Below are positions 26,571 through 33,022 of a stretch of 33,022 nucleotides of DNA, piece by piece. The DNA comes from Pseudobdellovibrionaceae bacterium (lineage in GTDB: Bacteria; Bdellovibrionota; Bdellovibrionia; Bdellovibrionales; Bdellovibrionaceae). The DNA is taken from assembly GCA_039810425.1 (NCBI GenBank), contig JBDHWW010000034.1, positions 1-33,022 on the forward strand, in the 5' to 3' direction. Both the position numbers and the translations under genes were made by a program. The first letter of the stretch is position 1, and each line of letters opens with the position of its first letter. The notes beneath the pieces were generated by a model. That model did no database searches. It was given only the letters and a program-made list of their open reading frames with translations, and was not told where the DNA came from.

Positions 26571-27305
26571 ATGGACTTATTTGGGCGGAGACTTAAATAC
26601 CTTTATTTCGGCACAGGGCTTTTGACCCTTGGGCTACTCTATCAAAACATGGCCCACGTGGATACCAGCCAAACCCAAGAGCTTTTAGTCCAAAAAGCTA
26701 AAACCAGCCCCGCTCAACGGATCGAGGGCAAATACAATCTGCAGTATCATATCTATAATAAAGTTCGTCGCTCGCTTCCTCGGAATTACAAAGCCAAAGC
26801 CGATGAAATCAGCGCCGCGATCATTGAGGAAAGTGAAAAGCAAGGACTCGACCCTGTGTTTACGCTGGCGGTGATTCAAACTGAAAGCAACTTCAACCCC
26901 AACGCCAAAGACAAGATCGGCGACTCGGGCCTGATGCAAATCCAGCCCGAAACCGCGAAATGGATAGCGGCGACCTATGATATCCCTTGGGAAGGTAAAA
27001 AAGCGCTCTTCGATCCGGTTTACAATATTAAAATCGGTACGACTTACTTTGCACACCTGCGTTCAGAATTTGATATCGTCCCAAAAGACTATGCGCGCGC
27101 CTACAACCCGGGACCAACGGCGATCCCCAAAGACCAAAGCCGCAAAGTCTCTACGATCAAGAAAAATCAGAGTAAGCAAATGAACGCGCACATCTTAAAT
27201 AGAATCTATGCCCGCAAAGTCATGAAGACCTACGCTTTGCTCTACAAGTCCTTCAACAAAACCATGGAGCCGAAAACCAAACGCTTGGCAGTGTCAAATA
27301 ATTGA
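26571..27305 (+). CDS. Membrane-anchored lytic transglycosylase (SLT domain)
   Basis: N-terminal anchor; LDPVFTLAVIQTESNFNP, GLMQI.P.TA, LFDP.YNI..G..Y, AYNPGP. Confidence 0.88.
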   Translation: MDLFGRRLKYLYFGTGLLTLGLLYQNMAHVDTSQTQELLVQKAKTSPAQRIEGKYNLQYHIYNKVRRSLPRNYKAKADEISAAIIEESEKQGLDPVFTLAVIQTESNFNPNAKDKIGDSGLMQIQPETAKWIAATYDIPWEGKKALFDPVYNIKIGTTYFAHLRSEFDIVPKDYARAYNPGPTAIPKDQSRKVSTIKKNQSKQMNAHILNRIYARKVMKTYALLYKSFNKTMEPKTKRLAVSNN

Positions 27306-27412
27306 TCAAGTCTGTTTTTATCTCCCGCGCGGGGTGATTTCGCGCCGTCAAATCCCATTCATTTGCTTTTAGCCCGCAGAACTTGGCCCAAACCTTGTAC
27401 TGGCCCGTAGGC

Positions 27413-28162
27413 ATGGCCATTCAAAAAATACTTTTAAATCTCGTAGTGATCGCCGCTTTCATCGCCCCCCTTCTGTCTGAGGGAAGCGAACAACCTTCTC
27501 AGGAAGAGCTGGAAATACGGGCTAAAGTCATCCGAGACATCGTCGCCGAAAGCCATGGCCTCAGGCAAAGTCCCTACGGCCTTTATAGCTACCGCCGTCC
27601 AGCTCGCCGTGCGATTTACCGCGGTTACCGCGTAAGCGCCGCCGGCCGCATTCACATTCAACGCGCCAGGGAATCGGAGATGGAAAGCACCTTCAACTTT
27701 GACAGTTTACCGGCCGACGAACGAAGCGCGATCTTTACAACCCGCAATTTGGCGATTGCAGGAATCTCCGCGGGCGGGATTCTTTACCTCTTGCCGAACC
27801 AAAATATCTTTTTCTGGGAAACCGATGAAAACAATCTGCCAGAAGGTTCTATCCGCGATGACATCTTGATGAATCCGGTCATTGGCGGCATTCTGAGCAG
27901 CGTTCTCACAAGCGCGCAGCGGGACCTAAAAAACAATAACTATCACCTCATGGGCTCGAGCACGCTCGGCACCTTGGCGCTTGTGGTGCTAAATCCTGCG
28001 GAAGCGTTCGTGCAAAACTCAAATGCGACGGCCGGCCACAGAGTGTTCACAAGCGGTTCGACTAAAATAGTAACCACGTCGCCGCAAAAAACTTTTAACC
28101 GCCTGCGCGAATCTGAAAAGCCGACCAACTATATCGGCCTGCAATTCCAGATTCGCTTCTAG
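27413..28162 (+). CDS. Secreted/envelope hypothetical protein resembling a DUF3943-family protein lacking its core
   Basis: Signal peptide; GILYLLP..., then SIRDDILMNPVIGG...LMGSSTLGTLALVVLNPAEAF; C-terminal alternating strand ending in F. Confidence 0.6.
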   Translation: MAIQKILLNLVVIAAFIAPLLSEGSEQPSQEELEIRAKVIRDIVAESHGLRQSPYGLYSYRRPARRAIYRGYRVSAAGRIHIQRARESEMESTFNFDSLPADERSAIFTTRNLAIAGISAGGILYLLPNQNIFFWETDENNLPEGSIRDDILMNPVIGGILSSVLTSAQRDLKNNNYHLMGSSTLGTLALVVLNPAEAFVQNSNATAGHRVFTSGSTKIVTTSPQKTFNRLRESEKPTNYIGLQFQIRF

Positions 28163-28181
28163 GCGCACCATCATCAACAAC

Positions 28182-28208
28182 GGCCGTTGCCAGGCGACGG
28201 CTTTATTT
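28182..28208 (+). terminator. Rho-independent terminator
   Basis: GCCGTTGC-cag-GCGACGGC stem (one G-U pair, valid on the + strand) followed by TTTATTT. Confidence 0.55.
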
Positions 28209-31200
28209 CGCAATGATCGGCTCATCCACTTTACGTTTTGAAATAAAGCGGCTGCCGATTTTGCGAATCCAATGTTTCAAACGATCAATATAAATAAATA
28301 CCGAAGGAAGTACGATGAGCGTCAGCAGCGTCGATGATATCATACCACCGATAATCGCAACCCCCATACCAGTCCTTGCCTTCGAAGCCTCACTCAGACC
28401 GATCGCGATGGGTAAAGTTCCCGCAATCAACGCGAACGATGTCATCAAGATCGGGCGAAGACGCGTCTTGCCAGCTTCAATCAGCGCTTCATTGCGGCTC
28501 ATGCCTTTTTCATGAATCATCTGCAAGGCGTAGTCCACCAGCAAGATACCGTTCTTGCCGGCAACCCCGATCAGCATGAAAAGTCCAAGGATCGCAAAGA
28601 TACTGATCGTCTCTTTCATAATGAATAATCCCAAGAATGCCCCGCTAAGCGCCAACGGCAAAGCTATCATAATCGTGATTGGCGTGATGAACGACTCGTA
28701 CAAGCTGGCTAAGATCAAGTAGATAAACAGCACGGCAAAGCCCAAGGCAAGGACCGTCGATGTCACGAGGTCTTGCATATTCTCGGCCTCGCCCGCAAAA
28801 CTGTAGCGAAGGCTAGAAGGCAATGACACGTCACCCCCGGGGCCGAGCATCTTGTTAATGTCATTCACAACCGTGCTCAAACCCACGCCTGGGGCGAGAC
28901 CTGCGGTAATCTGGATGTAGCGACCGCGGTCCTGGCGCTCAATCGAAGCAGGTCCTGATTTCAATTCCCCGTTCGCCACGTCTTGCAAACGCACCAGCTT
29001 ACGGTTGATATTGGGAATGTAAACTTGCGAGAAGGTTGCTTTCAAATCGCGTTGATCCTCTTGCAGACGAACACGGACATCGTACTCACGGCCTTTTTCA
29101 CGGAACTTCGCCGGTGTGAAGCCCTCGACTTGCGCACGGAGTTCAGAACCCATCGTTTTAGTATTGATACCATAGCGTTTCGCCGCGCCCGGCTTCAAAT
29201 GAACTTGGAGTTCAGGCTTGCCGGGACGATAGTTCGAGTCCACGTCTTTCAAACGAGGATCTTTCTTCAGTTTCTCAAAGATTTGTAAACCATACTTCTC
29301 GAGATCCTGGGGATCAGCGGAAATAATATTCAACATGATGGGCTGGCCGGCCATACCGCCCGTCGCGTCGTATTTCTTAATAACGGGGTTTGCGAATTTG
29401 TAATCTTTCAGCTCACCGCGAAGTTTGTCCCGGAAAACTTCAGTCGTCATGCCGCGCTCTTTGCCCTTTTTAAGGCGCACATAGTAGTTGGCTTTATTGG
29501 CCTCGCCGAACACGCTACCGATTGTCATCGTCGTGTAATCCACTTGTGGATTACTATGGATGATTTTATCAATTTGCGTTCCGACTTTGTTCGTACCGTC
29601 CAAGCTCGTCCCCGGCTCCAGTTCCAGCGTGATGCCGATCTCCCCACTATCGTCGTCCGGGATGAAGCTTGCTGGAACTTTCGTCACGGAGTAGAGACTG
29701 GCAAAGAACACCGCGAGTGTCGCCACGATCGTGAGGATCGGACGGTGCAAGGTCACGCGAAGGAGTTTTTCATACATTTTCTCAAGCCAGGTTTGGAAGC
29801 GGTCAAAGCCCTTCATCACCCGGCCGATCGTTTTGTCATAGATCGACTTTTTCGCTTTTTCGTGCGAACCGCCATGGCCGTCGCCACCGAAGTAAGCCGC
29901 CAGCATCGGAATGATCGTGAGGGCGACAAACAAACTGACAGCCATCGCAAACGCCACCGACAAACCGAAGGACTTCAAAAACTGGCCAATTGTGCCGGAC
30001 ATCATCCCCACCGGAACGAACACGGACACAACCACGAGAGTGATCGCGAAGACCGCCATTTGAATCTCTTCCGTTCCTTTTTCAGAGGCGGTGAACGCAT
30101 CTTCACCCTTTTCCATGCGGCGATAAATATTTTCGATGACCACGATCGCATCATCAATTAAAAGGCCCACCGCAAGAGTCAGCGCGAGCAAAGTAATGAT
30201 GTTGATCGAAAAGCCCGCAAGCTTCATGACCATAAAGGCACTGATCAAGGAAATCGGCAGGGATAACGCCGTGATCAGCGTCGTACGTGGAGAGCCGAGG
30301 AAGAAGAACACGGTAATCACCGTCAGGATAATACCGATGATGATAGTTTCATAAACCTCAGACACGTTATCCTGAATTTTAACGGAGGCATTCGTCACTG
30401 TTCTCAGATCCAGCTTCGGATTCATTTTCTTAAGTTCCGGCGCCATCCGCTCCATTTGTTTAAGCACGTCTTGGGCCACCTTCACGGTGTTAGAGCCGGA
30501 CTGCCGGAACACTTGCAAGAAGAGTGCTTTATCCCCGTTCACAAAGGCACGGGATTTTTCGTCTTCAAGCGTATCTCGCACAATCCCCAAGTCCGCCACG
30601 CGGGTCGAAACCTCGTTGCCATACAAATTGACAAGCGTCTCCGAAATCTCAGGCACGGATTGGAATTCACCCAAGCCCCGGAACACGAGTTCCTTTTCAC
30701 CTTGAGTCACTTTACCGCTAGGGACGTTTTCGCCAGAAGCGCCGATTTGGCCGGCGACTTGTGAAACCGAGATTTCACGATTTCGGAGCTTTTTGCGATC
30801 TAACAACACATGAATTTCTCTCTTACGGCCACCGAGGATGTCGATTGCGCCCACATTGCTCACCTGCTCAAGACGTGGCTTCACGAATTGATCGGCGATA
30901 TCGAAGAGTTCCGCGTCGTTCATACCCGGGCCCACCAGGGACAACATCAAAATCGGCGTATCTGACGGGTCAAATTTCTTAATCACCGAGTCTTCCGCTT
31001 CTGTCGGCAGCTTAGCTTTCGCGATGTTCACTTTATCGCGCACTTGTTGTTCCGCGTACTTTGAATCGATATCGCTACGGAACTCGACGATCACTTGGCT
31101 GACGCCCTCTAAGCTTTTTGAGGTCAGACGTTTAATACCGGAAATGGTACTCACTTCTTCTTCGATCGGCCGGCTGACGAGCGTTTCAACTTCAGAAGGG

Positions 31201-31364
31201 CCCGCCCCGGCGTAAACAGTCTGTACTGTGACCACTGGCACGCTGACATCCGGGAAGAGGTCGACGCTCATCGATTTAAAGCTGGCCCAGCCGATGACCA
31301 CCATCGCGATCGTGACACAGGCGATGAAAATAGGTCTTTTAATGGATGTACTAGCTAAGCTCAT
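28203..31364 (-). CDS. RND efflux permease (AcrB/AcrD/AcrF, HAE1-like)
   Basis: 1053 aa; SIKRP, DLFP, GAGP.EVE, proton-relay LIDDAIVVIEN, KNGILLVD, RLRPILMT. Confidence 0.95.
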   Translation of the reverse strand: MSLASTSIKRPIFIACVTIAMVVIGWASFKSMSVDLFPDVSVPVVTVQTVYAGAGPSEVETLVSRPIEEEVSTISGIKRLTSKSLEGVSQVIVEFRSDIDSKYAEQQVRDKVNIAKAKLPTEAEDSVIKKFDPSDTPILMLSLVGPGMNDAELFDIADQFVKPRLEQVSNVGAIDILGGRKREIHVLLDRKKLRNREISVSQVAGQIGASGENVPSGKVTQGEKELVFRGLGEFQSVPEISETLVNLYGNEVSTRVADLGIVRDTLEDEKSRAFVNGDKALFLQVFRQSGSNTVKVAQDVLKQMERMAPELKKMNPKLDLRTVTNASVKIQDNVSEVYETIIIGIILTVITVFFFLGSPRTTLITALSLPISLISAFMVMKLAGFSINIITLLALTLAVGLLIDDAIVVIENIYRRMEKGEDAFTASEKGTEEIQMAVFAITLVVVSVFVPVGMMSGTIGQFLKSFGLSVAFAMAVSLFVALTIIPMLAAYFGGDGHGGSHEKAKKSIYDKTIGRVMKGFDRFQTWLEKMYEKLLRVTLHRPILTIVATLAVFFASLYSVTKVPASFIPDDDSGEIGITLELEPGTSLDGTNKVGTQIDKIIHSNPQVDYTTMTIGSVFGEANKANYYVRLKKGKERGMTTEVFRDKLRGELKDYKFANPVIKKYDATGGMAGQPIMLNIISADPQDLEKYGLQIFEKLKKDPRLKDVDSNYRPGKPELQVHLKPGAAKRYGINTKTMGSELRAQVEGFTPAKFREKGREYDVRVRLQEDQRDLKATFSQVYIPNINRKLVRLQDVANGELKSGPASIERQDRGRYIQITAGLAPGVGLSTVVNDINKMLGPGGDVSLPSSLRYSFAGEAENMQDLVTSTVLALGFAVLFIYLILASLYESFITPITIMIALPLALSGAFLGLFIMKETISIFAILGLFMLIGVAGKNGILLVDYALQMIHEKGMSRNEALIEAGKTRLRPILMTSFALIAGTLPIAIGLSEASKARTGMGVAIIGGMISSTLLTLIVLPSVFIYIDRLKHWIRKIGSRFISKRKVDEPIIAK

Positions 31365-31366
31365 GA

Positions 31367-32815
31367 CTATTTTCCTCCTTCAGAGGATACGGATGCTTGG
31401 TAAAGTTTTACTTGGGCTTGCAAGCCAAGAATATTCGCCGCGGATTTCACGCGAGTGAGCGACGCTGAAGTGTAATCCTGTTCAAACAGTAAAACTTGAT
31501 AAGTCGTTGTTCTTCCCTGGCGCAGGCGAGTGCGTTCATTTTCAAGTTTTGATTTCTGCACTTCCTCAATACGGCCGATGAGACGCAAATTATCGCGCGC
31601 ATCATTCAGATTGCGGGTCAGGCTCGCCCAGTCTTGCTCTTGGGCGTAGTTCGCGTATTGGTAGTTAAGCTCGGCTGCTTTTTCCGCTTTCAACGCTCCG
31701 GCTTTTGCATCCGAAGTCGCGCCGACATTCAACGGCATTTTAAAGCTGAAACCGACAAACGCCGTGTCGCGCTGGGATTGGCCTGCGTTTTTCACAGCCT
31801 CATTCAATGCCGGATCACGGCCATTCAAAGAATAACTTCCTGAAAGATCCAAGGTGGGACGGTTGCGCTCTAACGCCACGGTGGAAGACGCACGCGCGGC
31901 ATTCAGCTGAGCTTCAGTCGCTTTCACGTCCAAACGATCTCCCGGACGCTGAGTCGGTACCACGAGGTTCTCTAGCGCTTTGTAATCAACCGGAGCCAAG
32001 CTTGTGGCCGGCGCATAGGTATCGGCATTGCGCAGTTTATTAAAGGTCCGGAGAACATCTTGCGCTTCGTTCTTTGCAACTTGCAACTCGAGAGCGCGGC
32101 TCTCTAACAAAGCTTGCGCTTGAATCACATCCGCTTTTTCACCGAGATTCATTCTTTGCTTACGGGCGACATAGTCATAAATATTCTGAGCGGCTTTCAA
32201 AGCTTGCTCTTGAATTCGGACAACGTCTTGCCAAACAGAGAGCCTCCAGTAAGCTGCTTCCGCACTCACCGCGATATTGCTTGCTTGAGAGCCATTGTTG
32301 AAAGCATCGGCGTAGTTTTGTTGGCGAAGAATTTCTTCGTTGGCCTGAGAGGTCCGGCCGAAACCACCGCCCCATACCGGCATCGTCAGTTCAAGCTTCG
32401 GACTTGCATCCCAATACTCTGTCAAAACACCTGGACCGAAATTTGCGCCGACGAAATCCGACTTATTGGCTTCATAATAGACACGGCCCTGTAAACCGAA
32501 GCGGAACTGCTGATTCACGCCCAGGCGATAGAGCTGACTTTCGAATCTGTCATAGACCATGACTGGAGGGCTGTTTGGTTTGGCATCGTGACCGACGCGG
32601 CCTTCGGCAAAAAGCTGCGGTGTAAAGATCAGATCCGCCTCGCGGGATTTCAAAACAGAGGCTTCGGATTGAATACTTGATCCTTTATAGGCACTGGATT
32701 CGCCCTGGACCTGGTCAAGGTATTCATTAAGGGTCAGCGCCTGGCTGCTGCGGCCCAGCCCCACACTGAGCACGAGCGTGGCCAACAGTGCAGTGGTGGT
32801 TTGTTTGATGATCAT
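31367..32815 (-). CDS. TolC-family outer membrane efflux protein
   Basis: Signal peptide; LTLNEYL, AEAAYW.L, PTLDL, E..RLRQGRTT..QVL; 2 nt from the RND start; CAGGAG RBS. Confidence 0.88.
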   Translation of the reverse strand: MIIKQTTTALLATLVLSVGLGRSSQALTLNEYLDQVQGESSAYKGSSIQSEASVLKSREADLIFTPQLFAEGRVGHDAKPNSPPVMVYDRFESQLYRLGVNQQFRFGLQGRVYYEANKSDFVGANFGPGVLTEYWDASPKLELTMPVWGGGFGRTSQANEEILRQQNYADAFNNGSQASNIAVSAEAAYWRLSVWQDVVRIQEQALKAAQNIYDYVARKQRMNLGEKADVIQAQALLESRALELQVAKNEAQDVLRTFNKLRNADTYAPATSLAPVDYKALENLVVPTQRPGDRLDVKATEAQLNAARASSTVALERNRPTLDLSGSYSLNGRDPALNEAVKNAGQSQRDTAFVGFSFKMPLNVGATSDAKAGALKAEKAAELNYQYANYAQEQDWASLTRNLNDARDNLRLIGRIEEVQKSKLENERTRLRQGRTTTYQVLLFEQDYTSASLTRVKSAANILGLQAQVKLYQASVSSEGGK

Positions 32816-32831
32816 TTTAAAACTCCTGATT

Positions 32832-32892
32832 TAAGTAATCACTTACATACATATAATTACGGCATTTTAAATTAGTACTCAAGCGATTACTT
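32832..32892. promoter_or_regulatory. Two related palindromic operator-like sites upstream of tolC
   Basis: TAAGT-AATC-ACTTA (32832-32845) and AAGCGATTACTT (32881-32892). The second matches the reverse complement of the first core (AAGTGATTACTT) at 11/12. Confidence 0.55.
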
Positions 32893-33022
32893 TATTGTGT
32901 TTTTTGGAAGACTATGTTAAATTCATCATATTCAAGTATTTTCAATACCTCCATATCCACTTGACTGGCGTTAGCGTGCCAAGCTTAATAGGCGCGACAT
33001 GGAGTTCCCCAAAACCCTTCCA

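Noticed and set aside
32999..33022. Possible start of a divergent gene (ATG GAG TTC CCC...)
   Set aside because: Only eight codons before the window ends and no clear RBS.
1..33022. CRISPR arrays, IS elements, prophage or defence genes, rRNA/tRNA
   Set aside because: No regularly spaced repeat-spacer arrays, transposase or integrase motifs, or RNA-gene signatures were seen by eye.

Overview
A 33 kb, densely coding chromosomal segment of roughly 50% GC. Gene content and protein style (many secreted hydrolases and signal-peptide hypotheticals) suggest a Bdellovibrio-like predator (Bdellovibrionota); this is inferred, not verified. No rRNA, tRNA, CRISPR array, transposase or integrase was seen. 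In order: a structured multi-hairpin element (23-162); M48 peptidase; ppk2-CHAD-lipoprotein operon; an AT-richer pair of secreted coiled-coil/hydrophobic proteins behind a sigma54-like promoter; host-attachment (baeRF12-like) protein; GGDEF cyclase; a short YD/RHS-repeat protein coupled to a propeptide-less subtilase; Y-family polymerase; rluA-family gene and rlmE; MFS; NTF2-like protein; SLT lipoprotein; queF; a Cys/His peptidoglycan amidase with a small secreted partner; MoxR-DUF58-transglutaminase; ABC-F; DEAD-box helicase; YcaC-like hydrolase; RcnR/DmeR-CDF operon with a clear operator; a second SLT; a DUF3943-like remnant; and a TolC-RND operon without an adaptor gene. Best candidates for undescribed biology: the YD-protein/subtilase pair, the amidase/putative immunity pair, the GGA/UCC-loop sRNA candidate, and the AT-rich two-gene putative membrane-active module. 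All family calls come from motif recognition by eye, with no database searches.
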